DNA of 64,000 bases, from the NCBI GenBank assembly GCA_003971905.1, contig RSEE01000052.1, forward strand, positions 372,001-436,000, written 5' to 3'. Numbering within the stretch: position 1 is the stretch's first letter; each line of letters starts with the position of its first letter. A program made the position numbers and the translations under genes. Positions 38,027 through 51,679 of the stretch are shown one piece after another. Source of the DNA: Moniliella sp. 'wahieum'. Its lineage: Eukaryota. The notes beneath the pieces are model-generated. The model made no database searches. It was given only the letters and a program-made list of their open reading frames with translations, and was not told the origin of the DNA.

Positions 38027-38899
38027 TTTCGAGCGGCGGGAACGGCAGGAGCTGAAGATGGTGGACGAGGTGGTGGAGACAGTGGCGGGCGTGGCGGGCG
38101 TGGCGGGCGACCGAGGCACGTAGGTCCCGCCTCAGCTCGGGGTGCTCAAGCTTCAAGCTTCAAGCTTCAAGGCCTCGCTCCAGCTGCAGGCTGAGGAGCG
38201 CCGAGGAGCGATGGGACATATAGTGATGCAATAGTGGCACACTGCCCCCGTGCCTGGGGTATGCAATCGTGCACAGGCCATCCCTCTCAAAAGTTTGGCG
38301 CAGCTGAGGATGAGAGGCCGAGGCAAGGACGGTCTCCTGTCCACCTAGAGTCAGGTCTAGCCGGCCCCCATCGCCCTCGTCTGCAGCGCGGCTGCGTCGA
38401 GGGGAGCTTTCCAATGCCAATGCCAATGCCCGTGCTGTTCGCAATGGTTGCCTACGCAGATCTAGTGCGCCGGGCTGCTTGCTCGTGGTTCCAGTAGGTG
38501 CTCTGGTCCGTGCTGCAGACTGCGGCATTTCGTCCAGGCGCACCAGGCTCTTCAGGTGTAACTTCAAGATAGTTTCACAGGGCAGCATCCACATGGCCGC
38601 TGGGGGGGAACGCTGGGGCAAGGAAAGGGCGGGGCGGTAGGAAAAAAGAAAAGGGAACGGCGAGAGGGAATCAGGTTACGGGCGAAGAGTTAGGAGGCAA
38701 GACATGGACGAGGAAAATGGACAGGGGATATCACGCAAACAGCAGGGGAGGATCAGAGGGAGACAAGTGTTCCATCAAACGAAGGTAAGAGACATTGACG
38801 ATGAGAAACGAGCCCAAACCGGTGGGGCACGGACCAAGGGGAGACCACCAACCACCTAGGCTCAGGGCGAACGGGTTGGCCAGGCCACCGCAACCGCAC

Positions 38900-40865
38900 A
38901 TTGAGCGTCCAACGTCAGGCTGGAGCAAGGCGGTGGCGGCAGGAGGCTCGGCGTTAGAAGGAGTAGGCTTCGTCGTCCTCTGTCGCAGCTTCGCGCGGGT
39001 GTTGGTGGTGGGGAAACCGGCATGCTCACCCTTCTCGCGTACCTGGGCAACGGTCTGGGTCGCGTCCGGCGGCAAGCCCGGTGGCACCTCGAACTCAAAC
39101 ATGCTCAGTCCGGCCACCGTGTCGGCGGTAGTGACCCTGGACACGGCGCTGTTGCGTTTCTCCTCGCTGGGGACGAGAGCGAAATCGGGAGCGCCTTGGT
39201 CGAGACAGGGTAGTGTTTGCGGTAGGAGCTGGAGCTGGGGCCCGAATCCGAGCGCGCATGCGAGGCTGGCGGCGCAGTACCCTCTTCGTGCAACGGGCCT
39301 AACGCCAAGCTCAACCCGGGACCGCCGCACCGCTCGAAGCAGCGGCAGGGGCAAGCGGTGTTCCATCCGGTGCATGCAGGTGCGCCGCTTTCGTCTCTCC
39401 TACCGTCTTGCTCGTGTCGATCAAGGGGATGGCAAACGACGAAGCTGACATCTCCGTCGAGCCCGATGCCATGGACCGCAGCGACTGCGCCCGGTCCTGG
39501 TGGTCCCCATCGTGCGGGGTGACCACAATCACATCGCGCGGATCTTGAAACGGATCGGCGGGAAGCACGTGCGGCCCAAGCTCAGGACGTAGCAGCCGCA
39601 GCGCCACCCTCTCTTCCTCGCCATGCTCGGTCGGAGCAGGCAGGGCGTGCGAAGCCGCCTCGGGCCGCAGCTCCCCGTCTTGCTCTGCCGAGGCAGTCGA
39701 CCGATTGGCTGATGGCCGACGAACCAGCTCGACCTTGCCGGGCTTTTGCACTTGAACGCGCGTCACCGTGGCTGGCACAGCTGTCGTAGCCGACACACCC
39801 GACGCGGCCGAGGCGCCCGAACTGGTACTCCCAATCGACAAACGGTGCCCGTCCTGCCCGGGCACGCCCAAGTGGGAGGGCGAGGGGGAGGCGTCGGAAG
39901 AGGCAGGTGGCTGAGGGCTGGTGTGGTACGAGGCGGAGGCTTGGACCGAGGCATGGTCGCCAAACGGTCGGTCGGCCGACTGACATCGGATGAACGCGAA
40001 GGGACAGCAAACCCGCTGCGTTGCGCCGGACTGGGCAGCGGGGGGAGGTTGGACCAGTTGGGCGCACGCGCAGTGAGGCGGGACTGGCGAGAGCGGACCG
40101 AGTGCAAGTCCTCCTCGTACTCGGTCCGTTCACTGATCCGGGACAGATGGGTGGCGGCCGAAGTGGAGAACCGTTTTTCCAGCGCATTCAGCGTGCCCAC
40201 TTGGTCTTGCAGCTCCTCCTCCTCGTCTTGGTGGCGGTACATGGTCAAGCCATCGGGACGGAGCTCGGTATACTCGGTTTCCTCATCCGCCGCCGAAGGG
40301 TCGGGCTGGACGAGAGCAACGCTGCTTGCGCCGGGCCGGCGGCAGGCACGGTGGGCACGCTTCCGGATGGGGTGGGTGGATCTGGATAGGCATGATGCGA
40401 CTCGGGGGCAGCGAGGGGAATGGCTCCCTCGCGCGAAGAGGCGGCGGGGCGGGACCCCTCGGGGCGGCGCAGCTTGCTCGCGATGGCCCGGACGGAACTT
40501 TTCCGCGGCGGCAGCACGGAGACGCGCCTCGTTGCGGGCATGCGCTGCGGCCAGTTTCCTGCGGCGGGAGCGGGAGCGGTAGAACCACACGGCGAGCAGC
40601 ACGAGCAAAATGCCGCCCAGGACGCCGCCCACGGCGCCGCCGATGGCAGCGCCCTTGTTGCTGTGGGAGGGCGGGGGGACACAGTAGTTGTCCTGGCAGG
40701 AGCGGCCGCAGGGGAGCGCGACGAGGCGCTGGACGCAGTTGTCGCAGCCGGCGGGGCAGACGGGGTGGTAGTTGGGGCCACACGTGCAGTCGTCGCGGGG
40801 GGCGAGGGTGGGGGGGAGGGCGTGGCGGGGGTGGCCGAAGGGGCGGGGGTGGGGGGGGTGCGCAT
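38900..40865 (-). CDS. Single-pass membrane protein with Cys-rich extracellular N-terminus, Opy2-like
   Basis: CTCGPNYHPVCPAGCDNCVQ...CGRSCQDNYC, TM segment GAAIGGAVGGVLGGILLVLLAVWFY followed by basic RRRK, long disordered tail; ends approximate. Confidence 0.6.
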
Positions 40866-41734
40866 TGGGAAGGAGTGTGGGGTTGTCCTTGGCCAGCAAG
40901 GATGTGGGGGTGGGGGTGGGGAGGCTGCTGGTGGGGGCTACGGCGTGGCTACGTGTAGGTTGCTGGGGCTAGTCACTAGTCACTGGTCGCCGCCAGCGCA
41001 GCCGACACGCAGCTGCGCGGAGGAGGCTTGGAGTCTGGAGCTTGGAGCTGGCAGTCTTTGTAACTCGGCTGGCAGTTGAGGGTTAGTTGAGGGTTGAGGC
41101 GTTGCGGCTGCTTAGGTACGCGTGCGTGGAGCGAGCGGGGTGGCGGCACGCCACCTGGCCAGTGTCCACATGTTATTTGCTGCAGTAACTAGCAACTGGT
41201 GCCCCGCCCACCCAGCCCTCCGATCGGCAGCCCGCCGCCGCAGCAGGCACAGCGGTCGTCTTACCTAAGCACACGCCATGTGCGTACTGAGTGGCTCTGC
41301 GCTGCTCTGCGCTGCTCTGCGCAACGCCCGCTCTCCGACCGTGCAGCAGCCCGTCGCTCGTCGCCCGACACACAGGCTGCGTCCGAATTCGCAACCGGCG
41401 CCCATCACACTGCGGCCGTGTGCCGCCGGGGCGAGTGCGACACGGTGCGTCTCGCGCTTGTGGCGCACCCACACTGGCCCTGCGCGGCGCGCGTGGCGAG
41501 TGCGGACCCATGCGCTGGGCGCCTGCGGGCCGCCCGCGCACGGCGCCAGTGCTGTGGTGGCAGCCCAGGGTGCGCGGCGCCACACAGCGCGCCCCCTCGC
41601 CCGGCCCGCTCCACCCGCGGCCAGCACCCACACCCCGCCGACCGCCCGCCCCCAAGCCCCGACGCCCGCCCAGGCGTCGCCATCCGCATCCGCATCTGCC
41701 CCCCACCACCACCACCACTCCCCCCTCCCACACC

Positions 41735-44700
41735 ATGGCCGCCGGCCCGCCTGCTCCTGGTGGGTTCGGCCCCCAGAACCCCTTCAACCTCGTCGCCCCC
41801 CTATCCCGACGACCCGGCAGCGCCGACGCCTTCCTCTCCAACGACGGCTACTTCTCCAGCGAGCGCGGCCATGCCGCCTCCGACGCCCCCTCCGCCTACC
41901 CCAACCCCTACCCCACCAGCAGCGACGGCCACAGCCAGAAGCTCGCCCCCTATCCGCCCTCGGCCACCGCCACCACCGCCTACTCGCCCAGCGCCACGTC
42001 ACCGGCACCTTTGGCTCCAGCCCCTTTGCCGACCCGCCCCCCCTGCGCCAGCGCGAGCCCTACCCTGCCTGGACGCCCCACGACATTCCGCTCTCCAAGG
42101 AGGAGATCGAAGACATCTTTATCGATCTCGCCAACAAGTTTGGCTTCCAACGCGACAACATGCGCAACATGTACGATCACCTCATGATCCTTCTCGACAG
42201 TCGTGCCAGCCGCATGAGTCCTGCCTTGGCCCTCGCCACACTCCACGCCGACTTTATCGGCGGAGAGCACGCCAACTACCGCAAGTGGTACTTTGCCTCC
42301 CAGCTCGACCTGGACGATGCCATTGGCCGCTCCCAGAATCCGGGGCTCAGCCGCGCCACCAGCATGCGTCGCACCGGTGGCGGCGCGGCAGCCATCCAGA
42401 CCGCCAGCGCCAAGAGCCTCCAATCGGCCTCGGTCCGCTGGCGCGAAGCGATGCACCGGATGAACGACTATGATCGGTTGCGCCAGATTGCTCTGTGGCT
42501 CCTGTGTTGGGGCGAAGGCGGACAGGTCCGCTTTGTGCCCGAGTGTCTGTGCTTCATTTTCAAGTGTGCCGACGACTACTACCGCAGCCCCGAGTGCCAA
42601 GAGCGTCTCGACCCGGTCCCCGAGGGTCTCTTTCTCCGCGCGGTTGTCCGTCCGCTCTATCGATTCCTCCGCGACCAGATCTTTGAGTGGTAGATGGCAA
42701 GTTTGTCAAGAAAGAGAAAGACCACGATCACATCATTGGATACGATGATGTCAACCAGCTCTTCTGGTATCCCGAAGGCATCTCCGCATCATCCTTCAGG
42801 ACCGCACCCGCCTCGTCGACATCCCTCCCCAGCAGCGGTTTATGAAGTTTGACAAGATTGATTGGAACAATGTCTTTGTCAAAAACTACCGCGAGTCCCG
42901 CTCCTGGGGGCATCTGGTTGTCAATTTCAACCGGATCTGGATTCTGCATATCTCGGTCTTTTGGTACTACACTGCGTACGTTGATCCCCCCTCCTGCCCC
43001 TCCTTTTTTTTTCCTTTTAAAACGGTGAACCTAACCACTCGTTTGTGTGTGCCGCCCGCAGTGCCAACGCTCCCAAAGCCTACACTGACCAGACCCCTTC
43101 GACCGCCCAAAAGTTGACTGCTTCGGGCTTGGGTGGGGCAGTGTCGGTGGTGATCATGTTGTTTGCCACGTTCTTTGAGTATGGATACGTGGGTGGGAAC
43201 AAGCACAACAATGCCCACCTTTTCGTCCGCACCATTTCCTCTTGATCTGCCTTGGTCTGACCATCGCTCCGGCCGTCTATGTCCACGGCTTTTCTCACTC
43301 TGGCACCATCCCGGACATTATCAGCTACGTGCACATTGGCGTTTCGGGTGTGATTACAGCCTTTCTGGCGGTCGTCCCAGTGGTCGGATGTTTGGTGATC
43401 GAGGGCAGCAAGTCGCGCAAGTACCTGGCCAGTCAGACCTTCACTGCCTCCTACCCCAAGCTTCCTGCCACCCATCGCGCTGCCAGCATCATTCTGTGGC
43501 TCTTGATCTTTGGGTGCAAATTTACCGAGTCGTACTTTTTCCTCACGCTCTCGTTCCGTGACCCGTTGGCCATCATGCTGCAGATGCAGGTTCAGCACTG
43601 CGAGGACCGGTACTTTGGCCACAACCTGTGCAAGCACCAGCCCGTCTTTACGCTGGTCATTATGATTGTCATGGACTGTGTCCTGTTTTTCCTCGACACG
43701 TACCTCTGGCACGTCATTTGGAGTACCGTCTTCAGCATTGGTTGGGCCTTCCGGATGGGCATCTCGATTTGGACGCCGTGGAACGAAGTGTTCCAGCGCT
43801 TGCCCAAACGGATCTACTCCAAGCTTCTTGCCACCGCCGACATGGAGGTGAATACAAGCCCAAGATTCTTGTATCCCAGATTTGGAACGCGGTCATCATC
43901 TCCATGTACCGAGAACATCTGCTGAGCATTGAACATGTCCAACGATTGCTCTACCACCAAGTGCCCACTGCCGACGGCAAGCGCATGCTCCGTGCTCCGG
44001 CCTTTTTCATCAGCCAAAAGGACAAGGGAGCCAAGCCTGAATTCTTCCCCAAGGGATCCGAGGCCGATCGGCGCATCAGCTTCTTTGCTCAGTCCCTTAC
44101 CCTCGACTTGCCTGAGCCCATCCCGATTGATGCGATGCCCACCTTTACGGTTCTCACGCCCCACTACTCGGAAAAGATCCTCCTCTCGCTCCGCGAGATC
44201 ATCCGCGAAGAGGACCAGAACACGCGGGTCACTCTTCTCGAATACCTCAAGCAGCTCCACCCGATCGAATGGGACAACTTTGTCAAAGACACCAAGATTT
44301 TGGCCGAAGAGTCGGCTGCGTTTGCTGGCAGCTCGCCGTTTGATGAGAAGGGCTCGACCAAGAGCAGCAAGCAGGCGGATGACCTTCCGTTTTACTGCAT
44401 TGGATTCAAGAGCGCCGCGCCGGAATATACGCTGCGTACCCGGATTTGGGCGTCGCTCCGCGCCCAGACCGTGTACCGAACCGTGTCGGGATTCATGAAC
44501 TATGCCAAGGCGATCAAGTTGCTCTACCGGGTAGAAAACCCCGAAGTGGTGCAGCTGTTTGGTGGCAACACGGAGAAACTGGAACGCGAACTGGAACGGA
44601 TGAGCCGGCGCAAGTTCAAGTAGTGATTACGATGCAGCGCTACTCCAAGTTCAACAAGGAAGAGCAAGAGAATGCCGAGTTTCTTTGCGCGCCTATCCCG

Positions 44701-47193
44701 ATCTTCAAATTGCCTTCCTGGATGAAGAAGCACCGCGCAAAGAGGGGGCGAGTCGCGCTGGTTCTCCTGCTTGGTCGACGGTCACAGTGAAGTGCTGCCC
44801 AACGGCAAGCGCCGTCCCAAATTCAAGATTGAGTTGCCGGGCAACCCGATCTTGGGTGACGGCAAGTCGGACAACCAGAACCATGCCATCATCTTCCACC
44901 GCGGCGAGTATGTACAAGGCATCGATGCGAACCAGGACAATTATCTGGAAGAGTGCCTCAAGGTGCGCTCGGTCATGGGCGAGTTTGAATCGTTCAATGT
45001 GCCCAACGCCGATCCGTATGGCGCCAACCACCAGCAACACGCGCAGGCGCCCGTTGCCATCCTCGGCGCACGCGAGTACATTTACTCGGAAAACATTGGC
45101 TTGCTGGGTGACAATGCGGCAGGCAAGGAACAAACGTTTGGTACGCTTACCGGTCGTGGACTGGCTCAGATCGGGGGCAAGTTGCACTACGGACACCCGG
45201 ACTTCCTCAACGCCATCTTTATGACCACGCGCGGCGGGGTGTCCAAGGCGCAAAAGGGGCTGCACCTCAACGAGGACATTTACGCTGGCATGACTGCGTT
45301 TGCCCGCGGTGGGCGCATCAAGCATTGCGAGTACTACCAGTGTGGCAAGGGCCGTGACCTGGGCTTTGGCACCATTCTCAACTTTACCACCAAGCTCGGA
45401 AACGGGATGGGCGAGCAGCTCTTGTCGCGCGAGTACTATTACATTGGCACCCAGCTGCCCATGGACCGCTTCCTCACGTTCTACTATGGCCACCCTGGTT
45501 TCACACTCAACAACTGCATGGTTATCGCTAGTATGCAACTCCTCGTTCTCGCCATGGTCTTTATTGGCACGCTCAACAGTTCTCTGATCATCTGCCGCGT
45601 CAACAGCGAGAACTTTATCATTGGTACCAGTGGCTGCTACTACCTGACACCTGTCTTCTCCTGGGTCAAGCGCACCATCATCTCCATCTTCCTCGTCTTT
45701 GCCATCGCCTTCTTGCCGCTGTTTATGACAGAGCTGTGCGAACGCGGTGCCATCTCGGCCTTTGTCCGTCTCTTGAAACAAATCCTCTCCCTGTCCCCGC
45801 TGTTTGAAGTGTTTACCACCCAAATCTACTCCAACTCGCTCATCTCCAACTTGACCTTTGGCGGCGCTCGCTACATTGCCACCGGGCGTGGGTTTGCCAC
45901 AACGCGACAAAGCTTTGCCTTGCTCTTTAGTCGCTTTGCTGGGCCCTCGATCTACTCGGGCACGCGCCTCACCCTCCTTCTCCTCTACGTGACTTTGACA
46001 CTCTGGTTCCCGCACTTGATCTAGTATGTTCAACTCCCTTCCCCGCTGCTTCGATCAGTCGAGGCAAGCAAGCGACTAACCCTCCTTCTTCCTCTTCTTC
46101 CTCTTCCCCTCCACCCAGCTTCTGGATCAGCATCACTGCGCTCATCATTGCGCCCTACGTGTTCAACCCGCACCAGTTCTCGCTGTCGGACTTCTTTATT
46201 GATTACCGCGAATTTTTGCGCTGGATGAGCCGGGGCAACAGTCGTGCGCATGCCAACAGCTGGGTGGGCTACTGCCGTCTGAGTCGGACCAAAGTGACTG
46301 GGTACAAGAAGAAACGGTTGGGCCATCCGTCGGAAAAGTTGGCGGGCGATATCCCTCGTGCGGGCTGGCGCACCATCTTGTTTGTCGAGTGTATTGCTCC
46401 GGTAGCCCAAGCGGCGATCTTTGTGGTGGCCTATGCCTTTGTCAAATCTTTCCCTGGAGTCAACGATCCGCCCATGGGCGCCATCACGCGCATTGCCATC
46501 TTTGCCTTGTGCCCGATTGCGTGGAACGCGGCGGTGCTGTTGGTGTGCTTTTGATCAGCTTGACGCTCGGGCCTGGGCTGAGCAACCACTGTGTCAAGTT
46601 TGGCTCGGTCATGGCGTCGATTGCGCACTTTTTGGCCGTGGTGGGCATGGTGGTGATCTTTGAGTTTGTCTGGCTCGTGGAGCTGTGGAATGCGTCGCAT
46701 GCGGTGCTAGGGCTGATTGCGGTGATTGCGATCCAACGCGCCTTTTTCAAAATCTTGATCGCGCTCGTGCTCTCGCGCGAGATGAAGAACGACGAGACGA
46801 ACCGGGCGTGGTGGACGGGACGGTGGTACGGGCGCGGGCTGGGCGGACACGCATGGAGCCAACCGCTACGCGAGTTTGTAGTCAAGATCATCGAAATGAG
46901 CAGTTACTCGGGCGACTTTATCCTCTGCCACGATCCTCTTTGCGCTCTCGGTGCCCATGCTCGTGCCGTACATTAACCGGATGCACTCGATGATTCTGTT
47001 CTGGCTCCGTCCCGGACGCCAAATTCGTCGCCCACTCTTCTCCCTCCGGCAGAGGAAACAGCGTCGCTCCATTGTCATTCGCTATGGCGCCCTCTTCGTC
47101 CTCGCATTCGCAGTATTCGTCGCACTCATCGCCGTGCCGGCCATCTTCCGCTCCTCCCTCAACCTCAACTGCTCTTTCTGCAAGAAGATCTGA
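41735..47193 (+). CDS. FKS1: 1,3-beta-glucan synthase catalytic subunit; introns ~42976-43061 and ~46024-46118
   Basis: [115 protein letters not shown]. Confidence 0.98.
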
Positions 47194-47807
47194 ACACGAT
47201 CTCAGATCTCATGCCTCACCCAGCCCGCTCGCGCCACAGCCCAATACCGCTTCCTCCATCCACCCCTCCATCCCTCCATCCCTCCATCCATCTCGGGACA
47301 CTGCTCCCACCCTCCATCCTTTCCTTCGCCCTCTCCCTCTCCCTCTCTCCCTTTCCTTTGTCCCCCCCCCACCACCTGGCTGTGGTCCCCCATGTATTCC
47401 TGCCACTACCTCCCGTACCCTGCGCTGCTCTGCTCTCCTATCCCCCCCCCGTCCCCTCCCTCTGCGCAGTCGGGCCTCGGGCCTCCTTGCTTGTTTTAGT
47501 TTAAGGCCCGTGTGTGGTGCGCTCGCCAGACTGCCCGAACATTGACTTAGTTGTCCTCCCCGGTCGTTGCGTTGTGCGTTGTGCGTGGTGCGTTGTTCGT
47601 GTCTTTGTGCTTGGACGGCGCGGCAGGATGAATGAGGCTGTAGGATCCCTTGGTGGGTGGCGTGCCCCTGCGACGGGGATCTTCCAATGCGCGTCTCCGC
47701 GGGTGCTAGTGGTAGTGGTAGTGGTATAGTGGTAGTGGCAGTGGCAGTGTAGCACAGAGAGAGCCATGCACTGAGGCTCGGCCACCGGGGCTGGGCCCAG
47801 CGCTGAT

Positions 47808-47978
47808 ATCAACGCCATCAACGTGATCAACGTGACCAACGAACGTGATTAACGTGACCAACGGGATCAACGTCACCCGCGTCACCAACGGGATCAACGT
47901 TACCAATGGGATCAACGTCACCAACGTGATCAACGTGATCAACGCGATCAACGGGATCAGCGGGATCAATGCGGGGAT
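47808..47978 (+). repeat. 9-bp minisatellite, consensus A(T/C)CAACG(T/G)(G/C)
   Basis: atcaacgcc atcaacgtg atcaacgtg accaacg... atcaacggg atcagcggg atcaatgcg. Confidence 0.9.
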
Positions 47979-49112
47979 TGGGCGGCTTCCATGGTCTGCC
48001 CCCCGCGTAGGTAGGGTGACGCGGTGACGGTGTATGCCTACCGTCAGGCGTCAGGGCTCTGGCGGAGCGATCCCTCCATGAACGAGTGACTGATCGTGAG
48101 ACGTTAGTACTAGTAGTGATCCCAATCGACCCCTCACGCCGGCAGTGCCTACCGGAGTGCTAGTGACGAGGAGTCGTGGCTGAGTGGTCGGACCGTTGAA
48201 CGGAGCAGGCACGGTGGGACGCGGGAACAGATCGAGCAGCAACAGCGAATCGTAGCTGCCTTACTTCGTGGGCGGTTTTTTGCATACGCCAGGTTTCGTA
48301 ACCAGAGGTCGCAACTGGCTGGCGCTTCAGTTCAAGTAACTTGTTACCCCCCACCTTGCCTTGAAGCTTGAGACCGTTGCCAGATACTAGTTACTAGTTA
48401 CTAGTTACCGCATACCCACCATTCATGGCCGGTTAAGGGGGGGGGGGGGCTTGTGCATGCCACCCAACTGAAAAATACGATTGAGCTCTGGCCGACGAGG
48501 AGGCACTCGTGGGTGCGCTTCCAGGTGGAGGAGGATGCAGGGAGAGGGAGAGTGATGAGTTCAGTCCTGCCGGTCGCCCACGTGGCGGTCCTACCACACT
48601 GACGTAGAGCGCTGACCAAGTACGTGGACTCTGTAAACTGCCTACGAAGACGCAGCGCTGTGACCTGTGTCTGGCCTGCAGTGGCTACGCCTGAGGTTGA
48701 TGCAGATGTTGATGGTTGTGATGATGGTTGTGATGATGGTGATGAGGGGCCTTGATCTTGGTCCTGTGGCCCGCAGAGAAGCGGAGCCGAGGACTCAGGA
48801 CTCAGGCTGACACTTTGGACTGATGTGGGCGTATCGGTGCGGCACCAAGTTGGAGAACCACAGCGGCGTTGAGTCTGGCCCACTGGTTGCCCACAAGGCG
48901 CTAGCGCTGTGGAACACTGCGTTGTAGCTGCTCCGGGCGCTCGTAGGGCGCAGTGCATCACCTACTGTAACTCAAATTGGCGGCCCACCTATTCAATACA
49001 ACTACCTTAACCGGGAGGACTCGTGACTAGACTACAGCGTCGAAGGAAGCCATTGGATTGTCGAATGCACTCCGCCCTCTCTTGTCCCCAGTGCGCTGCT
49101 TGGCGGGGTGGA

Positions 49113-50796
49113 TTACAGCAGCGGCCGATGCAGCGGCGGGTGGTTCGCCGCCGAGGAGGAAGTGCGGCGGTGTCGGCGGACATCGGTGGTGGGCCAATCG
49201 TAGTTCTGGTTCTCGTACTTGAATCCGTACTTGGAAATCCAGTCGTTGAGCGCCTTGGGTCCGCGCGAGCCATACGCATACGCCTCGGGCTTGATCTCGC
49301 CGCGGTCAATGGCGTGCAGGAGCGGGGTAAAGATGGACCAGCTGGCTTCCAGCTCATCGTCCCGGACAAAGTTACTGTGGTCGCCCGTCAACGCATCGTA
49401 AATCAACGTCTCGTACGCTTCGGGGATCCGCGCACCGCTAAACCGGTCCTTGTACGTCAAGTCCAGCTCGGCATTGACCAGGTCGTACGTCAGCCCAGGC
49501 GCCTTGGCATTCACCTTGACGTACACAGCCTCGTCGGGCTGAATGCGGATCACCAGCTCGTTGCGCATCACGCCATCGTTGGCCTGGGCAAACAGACTGT
49601 TGCTCGGATCCTTGTACTGCACCCGAATCTCCACCTTGGCCTCGTTCAAAGCCTTGCCCGCCTTGAGAATAAACGGCACCCCCTGCCACCGCGCACTGTT
49701 CACCCACAGTGCCAGCGCGGCAAACGTGGGACAGTTGCTGTTGTCCGGCACAGTCGGGTCGTCGAGGTACCCGGGCTTGCCGCCCGCGGCAACATACTGG
49801 CCCAACAGCGCATCTTGCTTGGTAATCGCAGGAATGTCCTTCAGCACAGCCACCTTGGCGTCCCGAATGGCCTCGGCGTCCAACGAGCTCGGTTGCTCCA
49901 TCGCAAACAGCGACAAGACCTGCGACAGATGGTTCTGCTGAATGTCCCGAATGATGCCAAACTCATCAAAGTAGCCGCCGCGCCCGTCGGTGCCAAACGG
50001 CTCCTTGAATGTAATTTGCACATTCGACACATACTTGTTGTTCAGCGTCGCTTCAATCACCGGATTGGCAAACCGAACTGTCAACAGATTCTTCACCATC
50101 TCCTTGCCGAGGTAGTGGTCGATTCCTGGGGGGAGCGGTGGGCATTAGTACCTCCTCGTCAAGAAAAGGCGGGTGCATGCGGGAGGGGTAAAAAAAGAAA
50201 CTGGAGAGGATGGGGGGGGGGACTTACGGAACGTCTCGTCTTCCGTCCAGAGCGGCTTGAGCGCATCGAGCATGGCCTTGCACGACTCGAGGTCCTTGCC
50301 AAACGGCTTTTCGAGAATGATGCGGTTGGAGCCCGTGGGCGAGTAGTTGTTCTTCTTCAGGTGGCTGGCCACCTTGATAAACACGCTCGGCGGCAGGGCC
50401 ATGTAATACAGCCGGTGGGCACCGCCCTTGGCCAGGCCGCGCGCAGCTTCAATCGCCTCAATCTCCTGCTCCAGACGCTGGAACGCCGCATCGTCATCGT
50501 ACGAGCCGGCCGTGTAGCTGGTGAGCTCGAGAAACTTCTTGACGGTCTGCTGGGCCTCGGGCGTGTCGACGTGGCTCAGGTGGCCCACAACGCGGTCGTG
50601 GAAGGCCTGGGTGTCGAGCTGGGTGCGCGCATAGCCAATGATGCTCGTGTTGGCTGGCAGGAGGCCGAGGCGGTAGAGATTGAAGAGCGCGGGAAACGTC
50701 TTTTTGCGCGCCAGGTCGCCCCGACGCGCCGAGGACGACAATGACAACCTCGGACGCAAGCTTGATGTTGCCGGGGGTCTGCGACTGCTGGGTCAT
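49113..50796 (-). CDS. ZWF1: Glucose-6-phosphate 1-dehydrogenase; intron ~50126-50227
   Basis: VLGASGDLARKKTFPALF, IILEKPFGKD, IDHYLGKEMVKN, GRGGYFDEFGIIRDIQQNHL, RWQGVPFILKAGKAL, IPEAYE. Confidence 0.97.
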
Positions 50797-51679
50797 GGTG
50801 GTGGAGGGGGGAGGGGCAGGGGCAGGCAGCGGACGCTTAAGGGCGGCGGCCGAGGGCTGATTGACTATTGACGCCGGGCAAAAAGCCGGCTGGGGCTGGG
50901 CTGCGGCGTCAGCACGTAACTGTGCGGCGGCCTGCGTGTGTGTGCTGCTGCGTGCTGCTGCGTGCTGCTGCCTCCTCCTGCCGCCGAGGCGCGCACGGGC
51001 CGCTGAGCCCAGCCGCAGCAGAGCCAGCCTGTGCGGCTGAGCGGCGCTGGATTTTTTTCGGGGCTTTGTCCGGGCGCACGGACTTGTCTGCTGGCGAGCC
51101 ACCCAATCATTAATCACCCATCGGCGTGCTGATCAGATCCCGAGGGCCGCGCCGGTGCCTAGCCAGCGCCTGGCCAGCCAGCAGCCACCGCCGAAAAACG
51201 CCGGCGCTGCGCTACGCCCTGCTACGTCCGGCCGCCTCATCCCATCGGTGCAACGCCCGCCGCTGTTCCGCCCCGGGCATTTGAATCTGAGATCTGGCAT
51301 CTGACATCTGATCGATCCGATCGCACTCCAAGCTCCGCTATCGATCAACATATATCAACCCCGGTTCGTCCGACATGCCTGCCTGCCGCTCCACACCAGC
51401 CCTCGCCGCGTAGGTGTGCATTGCTCCGGCGCAATAAAGACTGTACCGTACCAGGACGAGTGGGGCGCCGGCGGGCCGAGCCACCGCACGCTCACGCTCC
51501 TGTACGAAAGCGAAACCAGTGCGAAAAAAAACATACGTGTGTGCGAGCCGATAGCAGGGCAATGTCCATCCAACAAACGTCAAGCGTAAAGCGCCAGCAG
51601 GCGCCGTGGTCCCAGGAAAGAACCCATCAACAAGGAAAGCAACAACAGAAGCGGGGAGAAACCCGTATCCTCAACGCGC

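Noticed and set aside
44705..46033. Long antisense ORFs (e.g. 44705-46033, 49023-50744, 52786-54300, 56409-57590)
   Set aside because: They are shadows of real genes on the opposite strand in GC-rich, codon-biased DNA and have no domain motifs of their own.
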